A stretch of DNA of 63,089 nucleotides, filler included. It is 5 parts of 5 records of this genome, joined end to end, with 100 filler letters (N's around TTAATTAATTAA, not from the genome) between each part and the next. Parts side by side here need not be neighbours in the genome. Positions count along the whole stretch, not along the records: positions 33,349 to 45,042 come from SRR31156797_11035; positions 45,143 to 51,773 come from SRR31156797_11045; 3 more parts are not named here. One strand, given 5' to 3'. Shown piece by piece: positions 39,261 through 50,058 of the stretch. Position numbers and translations under genes: made by a program. The stretch's first letter is position 1. The number at the start of each line of letters is the position of its first letter. Below the pieces are notes generated by a model. That model was not told the DNA's origin and did not search any database. It was given only the letters and a program-made list of their open reading frames with translations.

Positions 39261-40349
39261 TTAATCCCACAGTTTTCGAAGTTTATCACTTCTTGTGATG
39301 GTTTTTTGAACCTTTTTAGGAGGAGTTGGCTTTTTTGCTACAGTTTTCGGCTTTGGAGCTGATATAACTTTTTTAGTGCTTTTTGTTTTTTCTTTTGCTT
39401 GTATCTTTTTTATCTTTGCCTTTGCAATTCTTTCTTTTCTTTGTTGCCTTTGTAATGCTCTTATATTTTTAATATGCTCTTTGTAAGACTTACTAAACTG
39501 ATGCCCATCCCCTGTTGTATTTTTTACAAAATAGATATAATCAGTTTGTGCTGGAAAGAGGGCAGCTTTAATGGCATCAAATTCTATGGCACATACTGGA
39601 TCATCTGGAATTCCTTTGTATTTATAGGTATTATAAGAGCTTTCATCTGTTTTGATCATATCTGGAGTCACTTTTGTATGGGAAAACTTTCCATAATTGA
39701 GTGAGCCATCCATTTGTAGATTCATCCCTTTTTTCAATCTATTGTAAATAACACTAGCTACTAGTGGCATCTCATCAATATTGGCTGATTCTTTTTGGAT
39801 AATAGATGCTATGGTTACATATTTATACCAGTTCTTTTTATTGTATTCACCAAATATCTTATTGCTAAGACGTTCATATTTTTTTTCAGTAATAGAAAAT
39901 AGGTGCTGAATCAGTTCTTTTTCATCCATTCCTATTGGAAGATGATAAGTATCAGCAATAATATTTCCATCTTTTTTAGAAGCTTCTTGAATATATGCGT
40001 CAAAAAGTTTATCTTGAGAAATTTGAAGTGTATTTGCTACATCTTGTAAAAAAAAGTAGTAAGTTTCTCCTGGAGTTAAAGTAAGCTTTTTTAGAGCAGC
40101 TTTAGAGGTAGTAACCTTATAGAGAAAATCTAGTTTTGTCATATGAGTAGCTTTTAGATCTATCCATCCACTCTGAGGGTAACCTAAAGTTTTAAGAGTA
40201 AGAGAATCAATTAGGTTCAAGTCAAAATTATTTTTATCTAAATATGATACAATGTAATTAGTACTTCCCTTTGGTATAAAAATAACTCTTTTGGTTTGTA
40301 CTTCAAACGTGAAATAGTATCCAACTATTATTGCAAGGATTAGGAACAA
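39261..40349 (-). CDS. mltG: Endolytic transglycosylase MltG
   Basis: ASIIQKES, VASVIYNRL..GM.LQMD, SYNTY..KGIP; start codon uncertain. Confidence 0.93.
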   Translation of the reverse strand: MFLILAIIVGYYFTFEVQTKRVIFIPKGSTNYIVSYLDKNNFDLNLIDSLTLKTLGYPQSGWIDLKATHMTKLDFLYKVTTSKAALKKLTLTPGETYYFFLQDVANTLQISQDKLFDAYIQEASKKDGNIIADTYHLPIGMDEKELIQHLFSITEKKYERLSNKIFGEYNKKNWYKYVTIASIIQKESANIDEMPLVASVIYNRLKKGMNLQMDGSLNYGKFSHTKVTPDMIKTDESSYNTYKYKGIPDDPVCAIEFDAIKAALFPAQTDYIYFVKNTTGDGHQFSKSYKEHIKNIRALQRQQRKERIAKAKIKKIQAKEKTKSTKKVISAPKPKTVAKKPTPPKKVQKTITRSDKLRKLWD

Positions 40350-40356
40350 CTCTACA

Positions 40357-42996
40357 ATGGTAAAAAATATATTTATAGCTTTTGGTATTTTAGTGTCAAT
40401 TAGTTTAATGTTTTTTATCTCTTTATCAAACGGAATTCGTCTTGGTGATTTCTCTTATGAAAATGTTTCTGTTGAGGGATTATATCTAAAATACGATGAA
40501 AAAATTATAATCGATACACAAAATGTAATCATATACAACTCAAATAAAACAAAATCTACACAGTTTAAGATCAAATTTTCAGTTGAAAACTTTTTTGATC
40601 AGTATTTTATCCATGTGGAAAACTTCTTTTTAAGGGATCCTTTTTTAAAAGTCTCAGGATATATTGTCTTAGATCCAAGGACAATTGATCTAGAGACTAT
40701 TTCAGAGCTTTATTTTAATCAATTCTCAATCCAGTTTAGCCGAAATCTAAAAGCTGTAACTGCTGAGAAGTGTTTTGTACAATATGAAGATAATAATTTC
40801 CATTTTTCATTTTTAAATCCTATATATGGTTCTGTATCTTTAGATGAAAGTAAAGTCTCTATTAATGATTTTGATCATGTGATGTTGAATCTTCAATCAA
40901 AAGATAGGTTAAATAATGAGATATTAGAACTTCTAAGTAACTATAAGGTGAATGTACCTGTAAAACAGGTAGAGGGAACCAATGAGATAAAAGTGAATGT
41001 CAAGATACCATTTGATATCAAAAAAGATGTGGATGTACATTCAAATATTGATCTAAAACATGGAAAAATACTTTTATATGATATCCCTTTATATGTAGAT
41101 AGTTTAAAGATACAACTTGATAATAGTAGATTAAAAGGCTCAGGAAAGCTTTTAAAAACAACCGCTGGTGAGGAACAGCTCCTTTATGATATAACTAATA
41201 AATTTGAGATAGATTTTAAAAAAGATCTTGTAACAGGTGATTTTACGGTACATGAGGGATCTTATGAAAGTATGTTTACTACAGATACAAAAGGAACTTT
41301 CTCTTTAGACTTTGATAAGGAGTTTCTAGCAGATATTTATCTATCTCCTAACTCTTTTTTAATGATCAAAGATGAACTGTTTAGTTTAAAGGAGTTCTCT
41401 ACTCATTATAAAAATAGTACAAAAAGTTTTATGAGCCATATTAAAGCAAACCATTTAAACCATGATCTTTATATTGAGCTAAATGATAGTTTTTCTTTAG
41501 AAACTCTAAACTCTTCAGGTGAGTTTGATCTTAATTTTCAAGATAAAGAAACAGGAGCTTCTTTAGAAATAAAAGGGGCAAAATATAAGAGCTTTTTAAA
41601 AGATAGGTTTTATCTTACTTTGCATGGTAAACAAATGGATTTAAAAAATGAAGATACTATTATTGAATCACAAGGTTTTCAAGGAAGTTTTTTTGAAGAT
41701 AAACTTCATGGAACACTTTATAAAAGTGATATTGAAAATAAAAACTTTAAACTTTACCTTGAAACTCTTGATATTCTTGTAAATGGTAAAAATGATGTTC
41801 AATTAAGTTTTCCTACAATAGAAACATCTAAAATAGAGCTACCAGTCGATATACATGATGTAGATATACATATTAAAAATAATAAAGCTATCTATTCATC
41901 TATCATTGATAAAAAATATAGTCTTCATGGAGAACTTGATCTTGTATTGGGTGATATAAAAGGGGTTTTAGACTATCAAAATGAATTGATAGATTTCAAT
42001 GGAAATATTTTTGATAAAAAAACTCTCAATATTCCAAAACTAGATCTAAATTATAAAGAAAAACCTGATGATAATTTTACAGTAAGTATCAAAAAAACAA
42101 AGCTACTAAAACATTTTTTTAATTATCTTATTTTCAAGGGAAATAGCTCAATATATATAGAAAAAAATCAAAAAGATAATACCACCTTGGTCAATATGAA
42201 TAAAATAGATCTTAATGTAGCAATGATAGAGGAGGAAAAAAAAGATGTGGCAAGAGAAAAGCTTTTTAAAGGAAATATAAATTGGCTTGATAGTTCTTTT
42301 AAAATCGATGCCTATACTTTTCCTTTTAAAGAAACCAATTTAAAGCTTTCTAGTGGAATGATAGGTGGACATATGCAACTTGATGAGAGTAGTGGTCTTA
42401 ATATCAAAAAAGATCTTCATGAATTGATCATAGCCTCTAATAATATTGAAAGTGATTATGTGAATAAAGTTTTTGAAAAGAACTATTTTCAAGATGGAAA
42501 TTTTGAGATTTTTCTAACTACTAAAAATGTGGATACTTATGAGGGCTTAGTAAAAATCCATGGAGTAACATTTAAAGAACTTCAATTTATAGATAATCTT
42601 CTTTTATTTGTGAATTCATCTCCTGCATTTATCAATCCACTTCTAGCTCTTCCAACTTTTTTAAGATTTACCACAGGTGGGTTTAAAGTAGATGGATATC
42701 ATGTGGTTGATGGTGGGTTTAATTTTGTTTATCATAAAAATAAAAAAATACTAGATATCAATAATATAAAAACCAATGGAAAAATAAATAACTTTAAAGG
42801 CGATATAAGTATTAATCTTCAAGATGATACAATCTCAGGACAACTTGATGTGATATTTTTAAAAGATTTTGCTACAGTTTTAAGAAACATCCCTTTAGTT
42901 GATAAAATAACTCTTAATAAAGATGGAAATATTGCATTTCCTATAGCAATCTCAGGAACAATTGAAAAGCCAAGCTTTACTATCAATAATAAATAA
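40357..42996 (+). CDS. AsmA-like/YhdP-type envelope protein
   Basis: N-terminal TM segment, beta-rich body, C-terminal IPLV...I.ISGT.EKP; divergent from mltG as in other Campylobacterota. Confidence 0.7.
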   Translation: MVKNIFIAFGILVSISLMFFISLSNGIRLGDFSYENVSVEGLYLKYDEKIIIDTQNVIIYNSNKTKSTQFKIKFSVENFFDQYFIHVENFFLRDPFLKVSGYIVLDPRTIDLETISELYFNQFSIQFSRNLKAVTAEKCFVQYEDNNFHFSFLNPIYGSVSLDESKVSINDFDHVMLNLQSKDRLNNEILELLSNYKVNVPVKQVEGTNEIKVNVKIPFDIKKDVDVHSNIDLKHGKILLYDIPLYVDSLKIQLDNSRLKGSGKLLKTTAGEEQLLYDITNKFEIDFKKDLVTGDFTVHEGSYESMFTTDTKGTFSLDFDKEFLADIYLSPNSFLMIKDELFSLKEFSTHYKNSTKSFMSHIKANHLNHDLYIELNDSFSLETLNSSGEFDLNFQDKETGASLEIKGAKYKSFLKDRFYLTLHGKQMDLKNEDTIIESQGFQGSFFEDKLHGTLYKSDIENKNFKLYLETLDILVNGKNDVQLSFPTIETSKIELPVDIHDVDIHIKNNKAIYSSIIDKKYSLHGELDLVLGDIKGVLDYQNELIDFNGNIFDKKTLNIPKLDLNYKEKPDDNFTVSIKKTKLLKHFFNYLIFKGNSSIYIEKNQKDNTTLVNMNKIDLNVAMIEEEKKDVAREKLFKGNINWLDSSFKIDAYTFPFKETNLKLSSGMIGGHMQLDESSGLNIKKDLHELIIASNNIESDYVNKVFEKNYFQDGNFEIFLTTKNVDTYEGLVKIHGVTFKELQFIDNLLLFVNSSPAFINPLLALPTFLRFTTGGFKVDGYHVVDGGFNFVYHKNKKILDINNIKTNGKINNFKGDISINLQDDTISGQLDVIFLKDFATVLRNIPLVDKITLNKDGNIAFPIAISGTIEKPSFTINNK

Positions 42997-43072
42997 ACTT
43001 AAACTGAATTTAAACTAAAAGTCAATAAAATATGTATAACAGATAAAGAGATATTAATATAAGGAGGCAAAG

Positions 43073-43888
43073 ATGGCAAATACTATTGACACAAGTATAA
43101 TTTCCCCATATGTTAATGCACATGATCTAAATAGTGTAAATAGTAATCAAATTGAACGGTTAGCTAGTAGTAAGCCTGTTAATAAGACTTCTGAAAATGC
43201 TTCAGATCTTACACTTGATCAACAGCTATACACAGATAGAAATGTTCTTTTTCAAACTATTGCAAATAGTAATAATAGTATTGCTATGTCTCAAATTGCG
43301 CAAAGAGGACTATCTTCACAGCAAAATATTTTAAATGAGATTCAGACTCTTTCACAGCAAGCACTAAGCAATGTAGCCTCTCAAGAGGGAAGTGATGCTA
43401 TTGCACAGCAGATATCAAATAGTCTTGATGAATTTGATAGAATCACAGAGACTACAACTTATAACGGAGATAGTTTACTAAAAACACAAGGTGATAGTAG
43501 CGATGATCTTTCTAATGTTGGTGAAAAAGAGATAGTAGCAATGTCAAAGGTTGATACTTCTAGCATATCAGACAGCCTTAGGTTTTTTTTAAATGATTTT
43601 GCTTCAGATACAAATGCTATGGAAAGTATGGCAACAATAGCACAACAAAGTAGTGAACAGTTAGCATCTTTTGCAAATGATTTTCAAGATGCAAGTAATG
43701 TACTAGAAAAAGCTACAAAAAATGCTCTAGAGAGTGAAGTGGCAAATACCAAATCTACGGTTTTACAGACTGACTATGCAAAACAATCAAGTGATTTTAA
43801 TAAAACGAATATATTGTCTTTAAGTGGTTATGTAATGCAAGTACAACCAAATGCGCAGACACAAAAAACAGTTTCCTTATTGAGTTAA
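43073..43888 (+). CDS. Short, divergent flagellin-like protein (FlaC-like)
   Basis: IERLASS..VN, T.YNG.SLL, C-terminal DYAKQSSDFNKTNIL...VSLLS; strong RBS AAGGAGG. Confidence 0.75.
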   Translation: MANTIDTSIISPYVNAHDLNSVNSNQIERLASSKPVNKTSENASDLTLDQQLYTDRNVLFQTIANSNNSIAMSQIAQRGLSSQQNILNEIQTLSQQALSNVASQEGSDAIAQQISNSLDEFDRITETTTYNGDSLLKTQGDSSDDLSNVGEKEIVAMSKVDTSSISDSLRFFLNDFASDTNAMESMATIAQQSSEQLASFANDFQDASNVLEKATKNALESEVANTKSTVLQTDYAKQSSDFNKTNILSLSGYVMQVQPNAQTQKTVSLLS

Positions 43889-43913
43889 AATATAAGATAA
43901 CAGGAGAGAAAGA

Positions 43914-44207
43914 ATGAATGTTTCAAATGTAAATACAACAGCTTCACAAAATTTAAATAATTATAGTAGTGGCAAAGCTAATAGTAATGGAAGAGTAGAA
44001 AAAGTAAGTGCTACAGTTGAATTATCAGCAACAGCACAACAATACTTAAATAAAGGTGTTGCTGCAGAAAATAATATCTCTAAAGAGATCGATTATGCAG
44101 CTGAGTCAATGAACTTCTCAAAAGAGAGTATTGCTGCATATTCTGGTAGTTTAACTACTTCGCAAGCAAACACAGATTCTTCAAAAGTGGCAAGCTTAAT
44201 AGCATAG
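43914..44207 (+). CDS. 97-aa protein ending in a flagellin C-terminal D0 segment
   Basis: EIDYAAESMNFSKESIAAYSGSLTTSQAN...VASLIA; RBS AGGAG. Confidence 0.65.
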   Translation: MNVSNVNTTASQNLNNYSSGKANSNGRVEKVSATVELSATAQQYLNKGVAAENNISKEIDYAAESMNFSKESIAAYSGSLTTSQANTDSSKVASLIA

Positions 44208-44432
44208 ATGAAATTAGGTATTATACTTTTCATTATAGGGTCAATCTTGGCTCTATATCTTTCTAAAGTTAAAATAGAAAAAACATTTCTTACTCGTGTT
44301 GGTATAGTTATAGGTATTTTAATGCTTTTATATGGTCTGATATTAATTATTCAACCATCAGATGATGAGTATGTGAAGTTTACTAAAACAACTATTCATA
44401 AAGAAGACTCTACTTTAAAAGAAGAAAAATAA
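44208..44432 (+). CDS. Small two-TM membrane protein
   Basis: Two hydrophobic helices; start codon abuts the previous stop. Confidence 0.6.
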   Translation: MKLGIILFIIGSILALYLSKVKIEKTFLTRVGIVIGILMLLYGLILIIQPSDDEYVKFTKTTIHKEDSTLKEEK

Positions 44433-44444
44433 AACTCTTTATAA

Positions 44445-44984
44445 ATGATCATTTTAGATTTTGAAACAAATACACTTAATCCTCATGATGTGATAGAAGC
44501 AGCTGCTGTTAAAATAGAGATTGAAAATGATCAATACAAAGTAGTGGATAAATTTCATAGATATTATCTCTCACGATATCCAGTTAACTATTATTCTTTT
44601 CAAGTGCATAGATTAACCCCAGAACTTATTTTAGAGCATAGAAATAAGAGTGATATTAAATATGCAAGTTATTTTAAAGAGGATGAGGACTTTGTCAAAT
44701 TTTGTGAAGGAGCTAAAACTTTAGTAGCTCATAACATCTCTTTTGAATTAAAGCATATTGAAGGACTAGTGAGCTTTGAAAACCATATCTGTACAATGAA
44801 ATCCAATAAGAAAATAGTGAAAGCTTTAGATAAAAGAGGGCGGATCAAAAATCCAAAACTTGATGAGACTTGTATCTATTATGGGATAGATTTTGATAAT
44901 GACTCCTATCATAGTGCTACTTATGATGTTAGTAAGTGTTATGAGATATTAAAGTGTATGAAAATAGATAATATAGAATGCTAA
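44445..44984 (+). CDS. DEDDh 3'-5' exonuclease
   Basis: ILDFET, VH, LVAHN, PKL, HSA.YD. Confidence 0.88.
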   Translation: MIILDFETNTLNPHDVIEAAAVKIEIENDQYKVVDKFHRYYLSRYPVNYYSFQVHRLTPELILEHRNKSDIKYASYFKEDEDFVKFCEGAKTLVAHNISFELKHIEGLVSFENHICTMKSNKKIVKALDKRGRIKNPKLDETCIYYGIDFDNDSYHSATYDVSKCYEILKCMKIDNIEC

Positions 44985-45042
44985 ACTAAAATTTAAATCA
45001 AATAACTACTAAAAATAGCTCAATCCACTAAAAACTAAATTT

Positions 45043-45142
45043 NNNNNNNNNNNNNNNNNNNNNNNNNNNNNNNNNNNNNNNNNNNNTTAATTAATTAANN
45101 NNNNNNNNNNNNNNNNNNNNNNNNNNNNNNNNNNNNNNNNNN
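45043..45142. other. Artificial contig linker
   Basis: N44-TTAATTAATTAA-N44. Confidence 0.98.
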
Positions 45143-45182
45143 AAATATGGAATTTACCCCTACAATTTTTATTTTTTTTAAT

Positions 45183-47177
45183 TTAATCTTTTAGTTTAAA
45201 CTTGCTAACATGCTTAAGCATAGCATGTGTCATATTACTTAGGCATGACGCTGTTTCAGCGACCTTCTCCATTGCAATAGTTAATTCATCAGATGATGCA
45301 GCAACTTCTTGTGATGATGCAGAGCTTGTTTTAGAGTGCTCTGAGATAGAAGCTACTTTATCAAGTATGCTATCTTTTTCTTGTCCTAATGAACCTGTCA
45401 ATGAACTAAGAACTTCAATCTGTTCTCTGGTATTATAGACGTTATCAACAATTTGAGAAAAGGCATCAATACTAGAGTTAACCCCTTTAAACTGTTTGTT
45501 AAGTTCTGTGTTTACTTCATTTGTACTCTCGATAATTCTTATAGCTTCACTAGATATATTTCCGATTAAATGATTGATCTCTTCAGATGAAATTTTTGAT
45601 TGCTCAGCTAATTTTCTAACTTCGTCAGCAACAATTGCAAACCCTCTACCTTGTTCTCCTGCTCTCGCAGCTTCAATAGAGGCGTTTAATGCAAGTAAAT
45701 TCGTTTGATCTGACAGACCGTTAAGAGTGTCAGTTATTATATTAACTTTTGATATTTCAGCTGCTAAGTTATTTATTTTAAGTGAGAATTCACCAAATAG
45801 ATGTTCCATATTTTCAACAGAATTTTTTGTATTTTCCATCTCTTTATTACTCTCTGTAGCTTTATTTTGCATATCGTCAGAGTAGTTTTCAATATCATTT
45901 ATTTTAGCGATCATTTGCTCCATTGCGCTATCGAATTCATTCATTGATTCAGCAATTGAGTGTAGTTGCTCAGCAGAATATTCATTACTGTTTGAAATGT
46001 TATTCATTGCTTCTGAGATGTTTTTAGTTGATGTAGACATCTCTTCTGATGATGCTGCAAGTTCTTCACTGTGATTACTAATTGTATTAGAGTTGTCTGT
46101 TAAAATTGTAATTGTAGATTTTAACTCATCTCTCATTAATTTAAGTGATCTTGACATAGTTCCAATTTCATTTTTATGTTCAGTAAACTTCTCATAATCC
46201 TTATCACCTGCCAGATCAAGGTCAGCAGTAGTTTTTAACGAAGTAGATACAAGTTTAATCGGTTGTGTAATAAATCTAGCGATAATAGTTTGTACAGCAA
46301 ATGATAAAACTGTCGCTCCAATAATAAAGAATAATAGGAAATCAGTAGCTTGCTTATCTGCTTTATCTAATCTTGCTGTTAACTCTTCTATAATTGTTTC
46401 AACATCCTCAGTAATCGTAGCTAATATTTCTGTTTTAGTTTGAAGTGTTGATACTATCTCATCGTCAATCTCTTTTATTTCAAGTAACTTTGAATAGTAA
46501 GAGTTTAAATCTTTAATTAAGGAATCTTTATTATTAATTTCAGGGTATCCTAACTCTAATTCATTTATTAATTTATCTACATAAGTTTTAGCTTTATCAA
46601 TGTATTTAGCTTCATATCTTAATAAGTAATCTTTTTCATTTCTTCTGATTTGAAGTAATAAAACTTCAAGTTCAGCATATTCTGAAGTATCAAAATTAGT
46701 TTCGATTTCTTTGATTAAAGTTCTAAGTTCCCCTATTAAGCCATAATCTTTATATCCTTTTTTGAACTGCTGTTCAACATTGCTTTTTACGATTTCTCTA
46801 TATTCAGCTAGCAAAGTTTCGATTTCATTTAGTTTTGCTACATCTTCTTCACTTCTTTGAATTAATTTTGATGATTTAAGGAAATTGATCTCCTCTGTGA
46901 TCTCATCGAAAAGCTCAATAAAATGATCTATTCTTTCACTTGATTTGTCTCTAAAAAAGCCTTCGTTTTTTGTATCAACAAGCAGAAAAACAACTTCCTG
47001 ATTTTTCAGTTCAGCTTCAAGAACTTCGATATTCTTTAGTGATATATTTACCGGCATATTTTCTTTGATAATACTGTTGATTGCATCTAAAGACCCTGTT
47101 CCAAGAAAAATAATAAATAGCAATGAAATGACACTTGAAAGATATAACTTTTGTTTGATTTTTAAATTTTTGAACAT
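45183..47177 (-). CDS. Methyl-accepting chemotaxis protein
   Basis: Two TM segments, helical sensor domain ([11 protein letters not shown]), [38 protein letters not shown]. Confidence 0.96.
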   Translation of the reverse strand: MFKNLKIKQKLYLSSVISLLFIIFLGTGSLDAINSIIKENMPVNISLKNIEVLEAELKNQEVVFLLVDTKNEGFFRDKSSERIDHFIELFDEITEEINFLKSSKLIQRSEEDVAKLNEIETLLAEYREIVKSNVEQQFKKGYKDYGLIGELRTLIKEIETNFDTSEYAELEVLLLQIRRNEKDYLLRYEAKYIDKAKTYVDKLINELELGYPEINNKDSLIKDLNSYYSKLLEIKEIDDEIVSTLQTKTEILATITEDVETIIEELTARLDKADKQATDFLLFFIIGATVLSFAVQTIIARFITQPIKLVSTSLKTTADLDLAGDKDYEKFTEHKNEIGTMSRSLKLMRDELKSTITILTDNSNTISNHSEELAASSEEMSTSTKNISEAMNNISNSNEYSAEQLHSIAESMNEFDSAMEQMIAKINDIENYSDDMQNKATESNKEMENTKNSVENMEHLFGEFSLKINNLAAEISKVNIITDTLNGLSDQTNLLALNASIEAARAGEQGRGFAIVADEVRKLAEQSKISSEEINHLIGNISSEAIRIIESTNEVNTELNKQFKGVNSSIDAFSQIVDNVYNTREQIEVLSSLTGSLGQEKDSILDKVASISEHSKTSSASSQEVAASSDELTIAMEKVAETASCLSNMTHAMLKHVSKFKLKD

Positions 47178-47451
47178 TTAAACCTCTCCTTTTTTCTCTT
47201 CTCTTAAAATTATGTAATAATTGAAATTATTTGATTTTTATTATGCTAAAAGATTATAACATAATCGTATGAATATTATATGAATTTTCTTAATATTTTA
47301 TTAAAACGAATGTGTGAAAATTAAGTAGAATTAGGGGTAAATCATGTGATTAGAGCAAAAGAAAAGTTAAATGACCCGAAAGTCAATTAGAGGAATTTCT
47401 AATAGGTGAAAATAAAAATTTATTTGAATTTGAAACAGGCAAAAAAATAAA

Positions 47452-47484
47452 GGAAGAATATATCAAAAAGTGATATATTCTTCC
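47452..47484 (-). terminator. Intrinsic terminator between the MCP genes
   Basis: GGAAGAATATATCA-N5-TGATATATTCTTCC with an adjacent A-tract. Confidence 0.75.
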
Positions 47485-47509
47485 AGCGTGAAAAAATGAT
47501 TGGTTTTAA

Positions 47510-49501
47510 TTAATCTTGTATTTTGAACTTATTTGCATGAGATAACATGTGTTGGGTCATTTTACTAAGATTAGATGCTGTTTCAGCGATTTTTTCCATT
47601 GCAAATGTTAATTCCTCGGATGAAGCAGATACTTCTTCGGAAGATGCAGAGTTTGTTTTGGAAAAATCAGTTACATTTGAAACTTTGCTTAGAATAGTAC
47701 CTTTGTTTTCTCCCAGAACACTAGTTAGCGAAGCTAAATCAGTAACCTGCTCCTTAGTATTTTTTACATTATTAACTATTGCAGAGAAAGCTTCAATACC
47801 TGAATTAACACCTGTAAACTGTTTTTTTAGCTCATAATTAACTTCATTTGTACTTTCTATAATTCGAACTGCTTCACTTGAAATATTTGTGATTAACTCA
47901 TTAATATTATCAGATGATTCTTTTGAAAGTTCAGCTAATTTTCTAACTTCATCAGCAACTATAGCAAACCCTCTACCGTGCTCTCCTGCTCTTGCAGCTT
48001 CGATAGATGCATTAAGTGCTAATAAGTTAGTTTGGTCAGATAGATCACTAAGTGTACCTGTAATGTTGCTGATTTTAGTTATTTCACTTGCAAGATTATT
48101 GATTTTTAGAGTAAATTCACCAAACATATTTTCTACATTTTCAACAGATGTTTTTGTAGTCTGCATCTCTTTATTGCTATTTATTGCCATTTGATGCATT
48201 TTCTGTGAATCAGATTCAATATCTTCTATTTTATGCAACATCTCCTCCATTGCTGAATCAAACTCATTCATAGCCTCAGAGATATCATAGAGTTGAGTTG
48301 CTGAATGTTCATTATTTTTAGAGATATCTGTCATAGCTTCAGCTATAGTTCTTGTTGAAACTGACATCTCTTCTGATGAAGACGCAAGCTCTTCACTGTG
48401 CAGGTTAATTGAATTAGAGCTATCTTTAATGACTCTTGCCATATTTCTCAGTTCTTTTCTCATAACTTTAAGAGCTGATGCCATGACACCAATCTCGTTT
48501 TTGTAATCTACGTACTTGTTATAACTCGGACTGGGAGTAAGGTCTAAATCAGCAGTTGTATTTAGAACTCCACTTACAATTGAGATAGGTTTTGAGATTA
48601 AGCTTGCAATGTATGTCTGTAAGAAAATTGATAGTATAATAGCAGATATTGCAAATCCCCAGATTATTTGTCTTGCATCTTTGTTTCTTTTCTCAATTAA
48701 TACTTCTAAATTATGAAATACTTTATCCCTATATACAGGTATTTCATCCAGAAGCTTGTAAACTTCCGCAGTATCAGCTTTTATTGCCTGATCAATATTA
48801 ACAACTTCATTAAAGCTGGCGATATAATCATCTAATTTCTCAACTAAACTGCCTTTATTATCAGAATTAACTCTTGTTTCAATAAGTTCTTTCATCTGTG
48901 TTGCTTCATCAATTGCTTTTGTAAAATATTTATTATCACCTCTTAAAAAATAATCTTTTTCATGTCTTCTCATTTGAAGTAAAAAAACTTTTAAAACTCT
49001 GTTATTTGAAATAAGATAATTTTTTTCAAGTTCATTACTATCATTTTTTAGATCTCCTGCGAAACCATAGGTATAAAATCCTTTTTCATGAACTTTATCA
49101 ACTCTATGAGCAGATAAAACCTTGTACTGTTCAAATAATTGAATAAGTTTATCTAAGTTTTTGATATTTTCCGGATCTTTTTGGATAATCTTAGATGATT
49201 CCAGATATTTCATACTTTCAATGGATAAATCCATGTTTTCAACGAAACTATTGTAATTTACACTCTCCTTTGTAGCAAAAAAATCGTTATTTTTGGTATC
49301 AGCGATAAAGAACTGTCTCATATTATTTTGAGCCATTTGTTCTCTTACCTGAATTTCGTTAAGTGCTTTCTCAAGTGGAAATGTTTTGTGAATAACACTG
49401 TCTAGTATTGTAATTGCTGCTACTCCTATACAGATTATAAACAGAAGTGTAACAGCCGACGATAAGTATAGCTTCTGCTTAATTTTTAGTTTTTTTAGCA
49501 T
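47510..49501 (-). CDS. Methyl-accepting chemotaxis protein (paralog)
   Basis: Same architecture; [11 protein letters not shown]; conserved signalling hairpin. Confidence 0.96.
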   Translation of the reverse strand: MLKKLKIKQKLYLSSAVTLLFIICIGVAAITILDSVIHKTFPLEKALNEIQVREQMAQNNMRQFFIADTKNNDFFATKESVNYNSFVENMDLSIESMKYLESSKIIQKDPENIKNLDKLIQLFEQYKVLSAHRVDKVHEKGFYTYGFAGDLKNDSNELEKNYLISNNRVLKVFLLQMRRHEKDYFLRGDNKYFTKAIDEATQMKELIETRVNSDNKGSLVEKLDDYIASFNEVVNIDQAIKADTAEVYKLLDEIPVYRDKVFHNLEVLIEKRNKDARQIIWGFAISAIILSIFLQTYIASLISKPISIVSGVLNTTADLDLTPSPSYNKYVDYKNEIGVMASALKVMRKELRNMARVIKDSSNSINLHSEELASSSEEMSVSTRTIAEAMTDISKNNEHSATQLYDISEAMNEFDSAMEEMLHKIEDIESDSQKMHQMAINSNKEMQTTKTSVENVENMFGEFTLKINNLASEITKISNITGTLSDLSDQTNLLALNASIEAARAGEHGRGFAIVADEVRKLAELSKESSDNINELITNISSEAVRIIESTNEVNYELKKQFTGVNSGIEAFSAIVNNVKNTKEQVTDLASLTSVLGENKGTILSKVSNVTDFSKTNSASSEEVSASSEELTFAMEKIAETASNLSKMTQHMLSHANKFKIQD

Positions 49502-50058
49502 ATGTAATCCTCCCCAAGATTAAGTCTAATTTTTCCAGTCTATACAACTTATAAAGAGTATATAGTATCTAAGTAACGTTTTAGTAATTGAAAAAAAATA
49601 ATATAAAAATATTTTAAAAGACTTAATTAATTCTAAAAATAGTGTCAATTTTAAATAAAAATAGTACTTTTATTAAAAAACAAAGAAAAATATTAAAAAA
49701 AATCGATGAAAACAGAATAAATTAAATAATGTTTTAAAACTGACATCTGTTTTGGAAGGTCATTTATGTAAATGAAAAAAGAGTTATATAATTTTTTTTA
49801 AGTTAATATATTAAAAAAAGGGAATATGAGTATTAACTATATAGTGTAAATCAATGGATTATAGAATTAGGACTTGATATTTAGATTATCTTTAAAATGT
49901 TTTGAAAAAAAGTTAATTAATGGTAAAATCTATAGGAAATGAAGAAAAAATAAATCTAATTATTGGTAGATGTAACGGAAAACATTAAATCCGCAAGGAG
50001 GAATTAATTATGTATGTAAAATTTTTTAAAATATTAAATTTTTTCAAGGAGGTACGAA

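Noticed and set aside
42997-43030. Possible sigma-28 promoter before the flagellin-like gene
   Set aside because: TAAA...GTCAATAA has a mismatched -10 and poor spacing in AT-rich DNA
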